64,000 bases of DNA from Lama glama (lineage: Eukaryota), in the NCBI GenBank assembly GCA_028534125.1, contig CM052817.1:74154001-74218000 (forward strand). The letters are read 5' to 3'. Shown here one piece after another: positions 1 through 12,237 of this stretch. Both the position numbers and the translations under genes were made by a program. Positions within the stretch are counted from its first letter, which is position 1. Each line of letters begins with the position of its first letter. The notes under the pieces are model-generated. The model saw nothing but the letters and a program-made list of their open reading frames with translations, had not been told where the DNA came from and made no database searches.

Positions 1-339
1 CCAATCCTTCAAGGAAAACAGTGAGTATAATATGAATAAGGGAGTGGAGAGATGAGAAAATAAATGTACCCTGCTGATACTTTCTAGTCAGTACCTTTGT
101 GGTTTTTACGGGAAATAAGCATTTATGGCTTATCTGTCAAGTTCGCAGCTTATCTGTAAAGACTACAGAGGGCCAAGCAGAAAGGTATGTCTTTACCAAA
201 CATGATGGAATGTTGGACTGATACTCTGCTGACAGAGAGCCACACAGTCATGTCTGTTAAGGTTGGCACTGACCTAACTGGTTGGTTGGTACTCAGGCCA
301 TACTAGTTGTTAAATGTTTGAAGTACCATTCTTAGCTGC

Positions 340-1640
340 ATGCTGCCAACTCCTGATTTTATATTTGCAGCCCTGACCTCCCACTGAACTTCAGACTCAT
401 ATCCATTGACTTAAATGACATCTTCACTTGGAAGTCAAACAGGCACTTAAAAATCTATGTGCTGGTAACTAACCTTCACAACATCCCCCACCCCAGTCAT
501 GCCCTTCTCTACCTGGGGCAACTCCATTCTTCCAATTTCTCATGGTTGGTCACTGACTCCCCTCTGCCTGTGACAACTCAAATCAAATCCACCACAGATT
601 CGCCTCTACCTTCAAAACACATCCTGAATCTGACCACAGTTCTATCTCCAATGCTGAGGCCCCAATTCAAGCCACTGATTACCATAACTGCCTCCTAACA
701 GGTCTCCCAGACTCTGCTTTTGCCCTCATAGTCCTCCAGTAACATAGAAGCCAGAGCAATCCTCTTAAAACAGGAGTCAGATCAGCTCACTTCTCTCCTG
801 AGAACTTCAAAGACTTCTCACCTATCTCAGTCAGCTAGGGCTGCCATAACAAAATACCACAGATTGGGTGGCTCAAACAACTGACATTTATGTCTCACAG
901 TTCTGGAAGCCAGGAAGTCTGAGATCAAAGTGCTGATTCAGTTCCTAGTGAAGGCTCTCTTCCTGGCTGGCAGAAGGCCACCTACTCACTGCGTCCTCAT
1001 ATGGGGAGGTAAGGAGTGGAGAAAGCTCTGGTCTCTCTTCCTCTTCTTGTAAGGGCACTAATCCCCTCATGAGAGCCCCACCCTCATGACTTCCTCTACA
1101 GCTAATGACTTCACAAAGGCCCCACCTCAAATACCCTCACATAGGGAGTAAGGGCTTCAATGTATGAATTTGGAGGAGCCACAAACATTCAGTCTATAAC
1201 ACCATCTCCCTAGGAGGGAAAGTGAAGGTCCTCACTACCATCTACAAGCTCCCATCACCTTTCTAGTGGCATCACCTATAACCTCCTGCACCCTCACTCC
1301 ACACCATGCCATGCCACATGGGCCTCTGTGCTGCTCTCAGCCACGTCAGGCAAATTTCCAGCTCACTCATCCCAAAAGGCCCTTCCTTTGGGTGTTGCAA
1401 AGCCTGCTCTCTGACTTCCTTTTGGGCTCAGCTCACTTATCACCATCTAACCACGGACAGGCTTTGTTTGTTTAGCCCCAGTCCCTGCCCCTGCCCTTGA
1501 GTATAAGCAGCATAAGGGCAAGGGATTTTGTCAGCTTCGTTCACTGCTGTATCAGTGTGTAGAGGAGTACCTGCAGCATTAAAAAAAAATAGATAAGTAT
1601 TTTAAAAAATTTGCTAAATAGATCAATAAATGACTGAGGC
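340..1640 (+). mobile_element. L2 3' region (split by MLT1)
   Basis: L2 motifs: CAGCCCTGACCTCCCACTGAACTTCAGACTCATAT, AGCCAGAGCAATCCTCTTAAAAC, GGGCAAGGGATTTTGTC...TTCACTGCTGTATC. Confidence 0.75.
823..1201 (-). mobile_element. MLT1A-like MaLR solo LTR inserted into L2
   Basis: GGGCTGCCATAACAAAATACCACAGA...TCTCACAGTTCTGGAAGCCAGGAAGTCTGAGATCAA...AACATTCAGTCTATAACA is the reverse complement of the MLT1 consensus. Length ~380 bp. Confidence 0.88.
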
Positions 1641-3759
1641 TAATTTTGTAGGCCAAGTATAATTCTAAATCTGTAAGAATTTTCCTACAATTCTTGACAT
1701 AGTTCTGTATCCAAAATCAAGCATATCCTCAGTGTTTTGTTTCCCAAAATAATGTAAAATAAAATATATCAAGCAGAACAAGAGAGTTGAGTGAGAGTAA
1801 AGTATAAAAGGGAGTTATTTAAAATCCCATTAGCAAGTTTCATAAACTTGTAAGCCCTTATCTTTCATCCCTTGGTTTCATTCGTGTTTGGTTTCAGAAA
1901 TCCTCATTGAAAAAACTAAATACACTCTTTTGTTTAGGTTTGGGCATGTAATCAACAATCTTTAGCAGCAAACAAACAATAATCCAGCTATTCAGGAGAT
2001 TCCTCTGAAATCTGTGGTCTACAGATTTACTATGGTGTAAAACTTAAAGGCAAATTGCTACAAAAATCAAGTAACATATAATCTGACATTTTTTCAGAAA
2101 CTATAAAAGTGTAAATTTTTGGCAGGTTGATTCCTAGACCTTTACTGTGTAAGCCTAGGCCACCTGGGCAAACCAGAACTGAAATGCTCTTGAAATAATA
2201 ATAAATTCTGTATCTTCAGGCAAGGATAGCATGTCTCTAAACCAGTTCCCTAGGTTCTACAGCAGTTTGTGGACCAAAAGCAAGAAAGAAGAGCAACCTC
2301 GTCCCTGTTCACCTGCAGGAGGACACGGAGCCGTCTGTTCCACCCTCCCAAACCTGCTTTCATTCTCTCTTTGCGCCTTCCAATTTGTGACTGCAGAGCC
2401 TCACTGAGCAGCCACTCTCCTAATTTCTGAATCCTCTAAGCAGCGGTGAGAGCTAATGGTGTACTCAAATAATTCTGTATATTGGTTCAGGCATAACAGA
2501 AACATTCGAATGAAGAAAAGGGAATCCTGACTTGAAAGATGAGGTTGAAAACTATGACGCTTGAACAGAAACATAGAAAATAGCTCTGATTAGAAAGACA
2601 AGGGTGGGTGCGGGTGTGAGACACAGAGAGAGAATATGAGAGCAAGAGTGAGAACTCTAGAGCACAAGAAGGAAAATGAGGCAGGTGTCTGAGAAGGCGA
2701 GCGCGAGGATCAGAGAGCTAGGCAGGAAGTACACTCCTTTCTTGGGTGGATTCCTGGAGGGGCTCTCTTTCCATGGGGAGGGCTACGTACTTACAAGGCA
2801 CAGAATACATTGTTCTCTCAGTTTTGCCTGGTGCATATTTAGGAGAACAGTCTGGAGTTAGAGGTAAGAGGCAACTGGATCAGTTCCTGACCTTAGCAAA
2901 GAGAGATTTAAGAAAATGGAGAAATTTCACTCTCAGTAAGCACACAGCTGCTTCTAAAAAACAAACTGATGAGGGCTGTGCTCCTGTCCAGCTTTCCTTC
3001 AAGCAACTCTAGGGAAAGTAGTACTCAAACATCCTCCAAATCTGCTCCCAACTTAATTCAGCCAATATAAAAGGAATCACTTACAGAAACAAATGGACCA
3101 TCCAAAGTGCCGTGTTAGGGAGAGAATGGTGGTAAGGGTAGGGCTCCCCACATGAAATAAAAGGTAACATTTTAATCTACTTCCTCCCTTTCCCAGGTGG
3201 TTAATGACCTAGGCTTCTTATAAATCAGTAATTAATAAATTAATTGTTTAAATGCACAATAAATTGTGAAAACAATGTTCATGGACAGGAATGATTATGG
3301 CACAGTTTGTGCCAGATTAATGACAACTTGTATGGTAGTCTGTGAAGATAAAATGTGAACGTAGTCACTAAGGCCAAGAAGCTAAGTTTCGGGGGTGGAA
3401 GTGGAGGGGAACAGGGTGTGTAATAGGTGCTGTGGTGCCAGACCTCTACTGGCCTGCACGGCACCTCTGTGCAAATTAGAAAAAGGCAGCCCTGCCCCGC
3501 CTCAGCCCTTCCACTAGGCACCTTTGTACAGTGAAAGACCTTTCCTACTGGCCAGGTGTCAACGAGGGTGTCAAGGAAGGCTGAGGGCTAACGTTAGAGA
3601 CAAGGCCTAAAGAAAAAGGAGGAAATGATACAGGCAACGGGGGAGAAAGAGAAAGAGCACTTGGCACCCAAAGAGTGTAAGTGAAAAGGCATCAAGAAAA
3701 AATGGAAAACTTAGAAATTGGGGTTGAAGTTGGAGAAGTGGTCTGTGTGACTAGAGAGT

Positions 3760-4610
3760 AGAGACAATTAAAAGAACCGCGATGTAAAAGATTTTGCACT
3801 GTTAGGATTTTAGACTTTAGCCTGAGGAACCAGGGAACCATGGAAATATTCTAAGGAAAGGCATGACAGATCTGATTTGCATTTTTTAAATATCTCTTTC
3901 TCAGAAACGGAGAGAAGAACAGAGAAGTTTATTCGAGCCTGGCCGTTGGTATGTGGGTGAAGAGAAGGAGACAGACTTACAAGCCATTAAGGAAGCTAAA
4001 GTGAGAGGCATTGCTAAGTGACTGCATAAGCTGGCAAGAGAAAGAGAGACGGACAGGATGACACCAAGTTTCTGGGCTAGGCAAGGCGATGAGACGGAGA
4101 CAGGGAATGCAAGCAGAGAAGCAGGTTTGGGTGGGGGCTGGGTGGAACAGGGATGGAAAAGAAGGCTCATTTCATGCATAGTATTACCAGCAGGGTACCA
4201 GTACAACATCTGAGTGACACTCCAGTAGAGAGCAGGAAGCATGTTTGGAGAGAAACGCTAAACTGTACAAAATAGGTTTGGGAATAAACAGAATATTACT
4301 GAGGCCCTGGTGGGAGATTTAAGAGATAGGCAAAGGTGAGGAACTCAGGAAGGAAATTGAGAATGAATTGTGAGAGGTAAAGAAGACATCTAGAAAACAC
4401 TAGTGTTTCAGAAGCCAAAGCAGTGACTAAACTGTAGAGAGACATCCAGTAAGCCCAGAACCTAAAAGGCTCCACTGAGCAAGAAGATGATCGGTGATCA
4501 TGATGAAAGCAGTCTTTGGAACACAGGAGCAGGGGCCTGAATGAGAGGCCAATGAAATGGAAACAAAGAGTGTTTCTTCTTCCAAAAGTGTTCCATGGGA
4601 AGGGAACAAG
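3760..4610 (-). mobile_element. Diverged L2 fragment(s)
   Basis: Purine-rich reverse-L2 motifs (GGCATGACAGATCTGATTTGCATTTT, GGATGACACCAAGTTTCTGG, GCAGGTTTGG). Confidence 0.6.
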
Positions 4611-5049
4611 GGGATTACTTACATAGCTAATTGTGTGTTAATAACTGTTAAAATGCAGAAGGATAATTACCCAGCATTATCCACAGAACTGACTCATTTC
4701 AAACTTCCATGATTTGGGAACAACATTGCTCCCAGCTCTCTTAAATCTAGTCCTTCGAGATATTCAAATCTGTCCAATATCCTGCATAAAACATTTCACA
4801 CACAACATGAACCTCTCTCCTCTCTCTGTATCTAATTTGGGCACTTAATTACACACTCCTTTGCAATGCTGAGTATTTTCATAGGTAAATGTCCCAACTT
4901 CCCACACAGGTAGGAAACCCCTTACATGTCAACGATATTTGGTAGCCTGCTGGTCACATTCTGGTGCTTTATTTAAATCAAAAGTAATGCAGCCGCACAG
5001 GGAGCTCGCATGACTTTGAGCAGAGGAGGAAGTGAAGAACAGAAGGTTT

Positions 5050-5290
5050 GTGTAGTAGAAACTTGAACTTTGGAATCAAACAAATGTATCTGAATCCTGG
5101 TTCCACCCTTTGTGAACTAAGTAACCTCAGACAAATTAATCAATCTCTTTTGAGACTCAACTTCTTCATCTGGGCAATGCACACAGTGGGTGCTTAATAT
5201 CAACTGGACTGGTTAAAAATGGAGATAATATTAATACCTGCAGAGTAGTTGTTGGAAAAATTAAATAAGATCATTATGGTGAGTGTTGAG
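5050..5290 (+). mobile_element. MIR SINE
   Basis: TGAATCCTGGTTCCACC...GTAACCTCAGACAAATT...CTCAACTTCTTCATCTG...AAAATGGAGATAATA. Confidence 0.7.
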
Positions 5291-5455
5291 ACACAAGAGG
5301 TTTCAGGTTATCACTAAGAATCTTAAGTTTTCATTCTTTAAACCTAGTATGGAAAAGATAGAGACAAGGAGTCTACTGATCTACCAGAGTTGAATACAAG
5401 TTTCCCAGCCCCAAGCTTTACTGGCGATTTAGCTCTTTGTGACATCATCTCTAGA

Positions 5456-5668
5456 TCAATGCCTTTTGTAAATTGTGATCCTTGAAAACTTTAATTAGAA
5501 TCCCCTGGTGCTTGACTTAACAAATAAGCAAATGAACCAGAAAAGCAAACAAATACATGGCAGATTCCAAGAGCCCACCTCCCAGGTCAATCTGTGATGT
5601 TGAAGCCTACAAATATTCACTTTTATCAAGCGAATCTTATATATATGAGCATTTCAGAACCACCCCGC
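5456..5668. mobile_element. MER5-like hAT MITE
   Basis: TTAGAATCCCCTGGTGCTT...CAGATTCC...CCCACCTCC...TTTCAGAACCAC. Confidence 0.55.
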
Positions 5669-6825
5669 TGGCAGTCTAACTCACCCCCAATTATGCTGCG
5701 TTCTAGTAACACCAGGAAACTAGTTGAGTTTTGAGTATTTCAATTATTCTGTAGGATTTCCATTCAGGATGGGCTCTATAGAATTATTTTTATCTCAAAG
5801 AAGCCATAATCTTAAAGTGAGGTGAAAGTGGAGGGTGGTGGGAGGAATACAGAGTTACCACCGTCGGAGCTATAGAATGTCAGGGAGCATCTGGCCACTA
5901 TCAGAACCTTCCCTCCCCACCACTCTCCTGCCTCCCATCTTCCTCACACATCAAATGCCATCAGAAGCAGATAACTGGGCACTTCAGGCTGAATTAAACC
6001 CAAACTGATACCAAAGTACATCCTTCAAAGGGAACTTGCCTCAGAATCTCCAGAATCTCTCCAGGTCAGCTGTGGCAAGCAGGGGGAGTGGAGCTATTTA
6101 TCTTTCTCTTTTGTGCAATGTTCATCACCTAGCCTAAAGACTGATTTTCTTCTCCATGAAGGGGTTGTGAAACCATAGCTTTCTCTTCCTAGGCTATCTC
6201 TGGGAGCTGGTGAGGACAAAAGAGACCTTCCTTCCACCATAGGGCACTGGATGATTTCATTTCTCCAGAAACAGATGGAAGCCAGGTCCCGCTTCTTGAT
6301 CTCTGAAGGATCATGCACTTGGTGGGACTATATACATGGCAGCATTAAACATCTTACTGGCTGACATGGATTGGAAGATTGACTTATTGGAATATGTATT
6401 TCCCATATTTCCTGCCTATTTCCTCAGTTCTTCACTCAGGGAGCTACTAGCCTTTCAGATCCTGAAGTTACCAGGTCATGCATTAATATAGCCATTTTGA
6501 ATATCATGTGATATTAAAACACTATATGAACTATTTTCATATTTTCTCAAGGTACGTTTTAAAAAAATGTTATCTTTTGCAATAAAATACTGTCAAGAGT
6601 CTCTAGTAACAGTAGAAAAACACTAAGGCAATAAATTTGCTATTGGAGACTTAATAAAATCGATACAATCGGTGCTAGGCTAAGTAATGATTGTCAAAGT
6701 CCTCTGCAAAATGAACATAGGGGTAAAGGTTAAAATATATTTGTGAAATAGGAGACATACTACAATTTAAAATTAAAAACAAGAAAAAAAGAACACTATA
6801 TATTAAAAAAAATAATAGTTACATA

Positions 6826-7032
6826 CAGTTGACCCTTGAACAACATGGGTTAGGGGTGCTGATCCTCCAGTGAACAATCTGTGTATAACTCTACAGTCGA
6901 CCCTCCATAACTGGTTTCACATCCACAGAGTCAACCAATCTCAGATTATGTAGTATTGTAGTATATATTTATTGAAAAACATCTGCCTATAAGTGGACCT
7001 ACACAGTTCAAACCCAAGTTGAGGGTCAATTG
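6826..7032. mobile_element. Tigger2-like (TcMar) MITE
   Basis: TA|CAGTTGACCCTTGAACAAC ... GAGGGTCAATTG terminal inverted repeats (TIRs). Opposite orientation to the copies at 50303 and 55283. Confidence 0.85.
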
Positions 7033-8876
7033 TGTGTATACATGAATGTACACACACACAATGTAGGAATTATCGCTATGTTATATAACTCGAAGACCAG
7101 AAATTAAAATACCAAATAAATGAATTCACAAAAGTGAAAAATCTCAGTTATATTTCTTCTATTTATATCTATTTAAATAGCTGCTAAAAAAAAATGTGAT
7201 GTTTCAATGGAAATGAGTAATTCTGTCTTCCAGGATGCTACAGGCAAGTGGAGTAGAAAAGCCAAGCCAGGCCAGAAGCATTACTGTGGAGAGAGAGGAG
7301 GACGGAAGGTCAAGGCCAGAGGCAGCGGTCACAGGTTCAGGTCACAAACAAGGCTATCTGCAAAGTCACGCTTGTGGGCTCACAAGCTCAGACTTCAAGT
7401 GTGTAGAACAAATGGTCCAAGCCTAGGAACAGCAAGTCAGAAAACAAGAACCATGCCAGCAGTATCAATCACCTGCAGGAGGACAGGGTCTGGGACTGTG
7501 TTAATGGTCCTTTGAGGCCAGGGAATTCTGATAAGCTGTCGACACACAAAATAAGAATTGTCAACCATCACTGGCAGCTTGTGGTCTGTGTTTACACACA
7601 AGGGAGTGAATAAGAGTGGGTCAGTGTCTCCCACAGTGGAAACCAGCCCCTCGCCTTCCACTGCCCATCTTGATAACCTGCTGGAATGGCTCTGTGCCTA
7701 GATGCGGTCTGCTGACTTCCCTGAGCATACCTGAAAGGCCAACGTGTTCAGAGCAGCAGCACCCTTTCTGAGTAATATCAGACTCCCCACCAGTGCTCAT
7801 ACTACACCGCCCAACTCTAACGAAACTAGGCAGGGTATTTAAGGGGATCCAGGTCAGCTTTACAAGTGCAAATAGACCTAAAGGGGAGAGGGAATATCCT
7901 CATGAAATACTTGCAAATCAAGATGAAAGCAGTATGTTCTCTTCCACACTTTCACAGAAAGGGTCTTCTATGACGTCAAAATCAGTTCATTCTAGTTTAC
8001 ACCCATTATTGTCACAATGGTTTTGTGTTATTAAGAAAAGCAAGCTCTCAACTGAGGCTATTCTACCTTCAATTTCATCAGAGGTACAGATCCTGCTAGA
8101 CTCAGTGTTTTGGGAAAATGAGAGAAAGATTAGATTCAAAAAGAAAAAAAACCTCAAAAATATCAGAATAAACAGAAAAAATAACACGCTGTCAGACTTA
8201 TGGCTTAGAGAGCAGCAAATCTGCCTAGCGAAGACAAAGCTGGCCTGGGTTATGCACAAGCCAAAGTCTAAAAGTATGAGGAAAGTCAGGGTCAAAACTG
8301 TTTAAGAATAGTACATACGTGTCTGTAAAATCAGAGGTGATCTGAAACAGATGATCAATTTTCAAGTGAAAAAGAATACAGGTAAGCTTTGAGTGTCATC
8401 AGCTCAAGCTCTAAACCAAATCCACCATGCATAGGTTTCCTCAGTGTGGTCTCTGGCTGACGAGGCAGCAAGAGGTGAACAGCAACTATCTACATCTCAC
8501 TGCAGGGCAAGAAATCCAGTCAAGGGTAACTAGGGGCAGAGGTAACAGCAAGATCAACAGCCAGATCAAAAGGAAACCGAGCCACAGCGTGAAAGCTTTT
8601 CCTATCATTTTAGACCTAGAATCTGAAACAGCACTAAATCAGAAATCAAAGTTGAAATGAAACTATGTTCCTGAATTAGAAGACTTCAGAAATGGAAAGC
8701 CATTCAGGTCATCATTGTACCCAGATATTTTAGCTCTGTCCTCTGAGATTTGGAATATACAAGATGGCCAAGAAACAAAGATGAAGCTGTTCCCCAGGCC
8801 CAGGAAACAGAGCCTTAGGAGTCAGCAGATATTCAAGGTCCAAATAACCCACAAAGAGATCTCCCAGACTCTAGAG

Positions 8877-9214
8877 CAGGGCTTGGCAAATTATGCCCCA
8901 CAGACCAAATCTAGCTCAACATCTATTTTTATATAGTCTATAAATAGAATAGTTTCTTCTTTCTTAGATTTTGAAATAGCTGTAAAACAAAAAACCAAAA
9001 AGAGTATTTTATGACATATAACAAATAAAGTTCCGATATCAGTGTCTGTAAACAAAGTTTTATTAGGACAGTCACACTTGCTCATTTATGAAGAGTCTAT
9101 GGCTGCTTTGCACAACACTGGCAAAGCTGAATAGCTAGGACAAGAGAAGGCATGGCTAGCAAAGCCTAAGATATTTACTACCGGGTGCTTTACAGGAAAA
9201 GCTGGCCAATCCTG
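8877..9214. mobile_element. MER58-like hAT MITE
   Basis: Termini CAGGGCTTGGCAAA...TGGCCAATCCTG, with internal AAAGTTTTATTAGGACAGTCACAC and GCAAAGCCTAAGATATTTACTA. Confidence 0.8.
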
Positions 9215-9914
9215 GCTCCACAGCAGGGTTCCCAGGGGCCTCTACAGGTTGGTAATTCATCTGAAAAGTAGGGTTTTGCTTTGAAGAGTGAAGTAGTTAA
9301 ATTAAGGGCCACCCCATAAATGTCTAAGAATGAGGCTTACAAACCAGGATCAGTAGGTGATCTGGCAAAAGGGAAACTGGTGACATTTATCACTAGCTGG
9401 GGTATCACTAGCATGCTCCCCAGGAAGACAGGGAAGCAGCAAGCAGTTTTCGGTGTCTGCCAGATAAAAGGGACAGGGAGACACTGACACTCCTGACAAA
9501 GTTCCCTCAGATTCTCCAAGTTATATGGGAAATACCTCAAAGATCACCACGATAGGTGTGGGCCAAGATTCCAGCCCAAAGGATGGGTATTTCAGACTAA
9601 GTGATAAGGGATTACTCAGGAAAACCAGGCCATATAAAAAGCTATGCTGACTGATGGTTTGTTGACCTGCCAAACCAGATAGGGAACCTTCAGTTTGCTC
9701 TCTGGTTTTATAATCTTTGTTTAGGTGTGGGCGCTCCCTAAGCTACTGAAACTCACTTTAGCCAGAAGGAAACCGAAGTTCTCTAGTTGAATCCTGTCCT
9801 TGAATTAAATAACTGTGTCATAATTTTAAAGTTATGCTTTTCTTCTATCAATAGAGGTTTATGTTCCCCGTCAGATTATCTAAACTTAACTTAGTAAAAA
9901 TGTGTGCACCCATG

Positions 9915-10481
9915 CATTGCAACATTTCTTAACTGAGCACAGACTCTAGGTCAGGTGCTATTTTAGTTATTGTAAAAGTTAACAAGTGAAGTCCCTACCT
10001 TCATAAGGTTTTATATGCCAGTGGGTAAAAATAATCAAAAGAACAACTTATACATACGGTGCCGTGGTAAGTGCTGGAGAGGAAAAAAAAAAAGCAAGGG
10101 AGGGAGGGAGTGTGGGGTGGGCAGGGGGGGAGGAGGCTGCTCTTTGACATAGAGCTGTCAGGGGAGGCCCCCCAGATGAGGTGATGGTCAAGCAGAGGCC
10201 TCAAGGAACGAGCCTGCACACCCGCTGGGGAGCTGTACCCTCAGAAGGAACGTGCAGGGCACAGCTGAAGTACCCACAGAGCCCAGAGCGGGTGGAACAG
10301 AGCAAGTGTCAGTGAGAAAAGCAGAGCTACAATCAAGAATGTAAAGGGGTGGGGGACCCTTACATAGGGTCTCAGGCCATTGTGAGGACACTAGGGTTTG
10401 TCCTCTAAGTAGGAAGCCACTGAGCAGTTTCTGAGCACAGACATAGTCAGCCTCACAGCAGCCAGAGTAATCCTGTTAAAA
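9915..10481 (-). mobile_element. L2 3' fragment
   Basis: ACTGAGCAC...AGGTGCTA...GTCCCTACCTTCAT...GTCAGGGGAGGCC...GGCCATTGTGAGGAC...GGAAGCCACTG. Confidence 0.75.
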
Positions 10482-10591
10482 TTCACCACTGAAACATTAA
10501 AATGTTTACAAATTAAAAACAAGTAATTACAACACAAACATTCCATTCCTTTACTGTCTCAAAAAAAATAACATTTTCTAGTTTATGGGAA

Positions 10592-10766
10592 GACCTCAGG
10601 AGAGAGTTACTTTTCTTTCTTTCTTTTTTTTTTCCTATTTTATTGGGAAATGCTTTTTTTTTTTCCTATTTTATTGGGAGATGCTTTCTATTTTATTGGG
10701 AGATGCTTTGACCTCAGGAGAGAGTCACTTCTCTTTTTTTTTTTCTATTTTATTGGGAGATGCTTT
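10592..10766. repeat. Complex local tandem duplication (A-Tn-B-Tn-B-B-A-Tn-B)
   Basis: A = GACCTCAGGAGAGAGTYACTT at 10592 and 10710. B = CTATTTTATTGGGARATGCTTT at 10635, 10666, 10688 and 10745. Confidence 0.93.
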
Positions 10767-12018
10767 CCAACGGTTACATCATAGTAATGCATCACTGATT
10801 CAGATTAATTGGGGACAAGACCTGTCAAAATTAGTTAAAAGGTGGAGTTACTGTATTTTATTTAAATAAACTTCATTACCCTTTGGTACGTGAAGTCAGG
10901 AATCAGGCTTGCCAATGTTGCCTAGTAATACTTGTTTTAATGAACAGATTTTTAAAGGACTGTAATCAGCATATGTCAGCACCGGTTTCTGCTAGGTTGA
11001 CTTCTGCTTATAGTGCAATTTCTATGCTTCACTTTAACTAGATACTCCTAAATTACTTCAAAAGCAGCTTATTCTCTTCACTAGATACATATATCTTACA
11101 TTATTCATTTTCTTAACAAATTCTTTTGGGAGGGAGGGGCATTATTAATGTAAAGGGACAGATAGGCATAAATAAATGTGAGGTTAGCTTAGTTTCTGTT
11201 TGAGAGTTTCATTCCCAAGTGAATTGCGTGGTATTTCTCCCTTCCACGGCCAGGATGCATCCCAACCTCAAAATGCATGTTTAGTAAGATGGGAGATGGG
11301 GCTGAGAGAACTGTGAATTACAAGGCCATTAAGACTAACATGAGAGTCGCATTTAAGAGTAAGAGGGCATTTTACTGTATTTCTTCAAAATAAATTTTGT
11401 TTTGTTTTAATATGAAATCTATGGTCTAAAGGTCCATATTCAGGGCTCTATTGATGTCTGTAAATACTCCAAACTACATGAAAAGTTAGATATCATTATG
11501 AAATTTTGTGAAGAGATCAGTAGCCTACAAAAGTTCATCCAAATGAGGTTTAAGATCTAAAAGAGGTAAGAACCACTGTTCTAACTGATTGACAATGAAG
11601 ATAAAATTATCTCACTAGAGAATTATTTCTCATTTATCTCCATCTAATTCTTAGGAAGTATTCTACTCACTTTACTTCAACATTGACTAACATAGTTTTC
11701 ATTTAATTTTAAATAAAACAATGTTTCATGATCGAAATATCATTTTCAAATAATTTAGAAAAAACAAAATTCTAATCTCTGCTTCACCTTATTTATGACT
11801 GATATTCAAACTGGTTATTTTTCTACTTTTTTAAAAAAGGGAGTATTTTAAAAACTTTTGCTCAGAGGATATTTTATGTAAGTATCAGTGCCTACTTGTC
11901 CTGCATTTAAGGGGATACCCTGACTAGGTTTTTTAAATGTAGACATCTGCAAGGGTCCAGAGCTAAATCAAGTCTGGTTATTTGTCTTACTGTTCTTGTT
12001 GTCATTTTCACCTTAAAT

Positions 12019-12237
12019 CAGGGCCTCTCAATCTCAGCACTACTAACATTTTGGACCAAATAACTCAATTCTGCGAGGAGCTGTCTTGTGCCTTGTAGGA
12101 TGCTGAGCAGCATCTGTGGCCTCTACTCAGTTGAGGCCAGACAGGCACCCTCAGTTGTGACAACCAAAACACACATTGCCAGATGGCCCCAGGAGGAGAG
12201 AGCAAAAGGGACAAAATCACCCCAGGTTGAAAAGCTA
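12019..12237 (+). mobile_element. MER20-like hAT MITE
   Basis: CAGGGCCTCTCAATCTCAGCACTACTAACATTTTGGACC...CAGTTGTGACAACCAAAA...AAAATCACCCCAGGTTGA. Length 219 bp. Degenerate 8-bp TSD CCTTAAAT/TCTTAAAA. Confidence 0.85.

Noticed and set aside
7793..8305. 170-aa ORF
   Set aside because: Non-ATG start, low-complexity K/N stretch from A runs, and no recognisable homology or supporting splice structure.
10098..10136. G-rich G4-capable tract
   Set aside because: It lies within a decayed L2 at a purine-rich position, with no independent sign of function.
10635..10766. 22-nt direct repeats resembling a CRISPR array
   Set aside because: Mammalian intron. The 'spacers' are absent, poly-T, or themselves repeated, and there are no cas genes. 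It is a local duplication.
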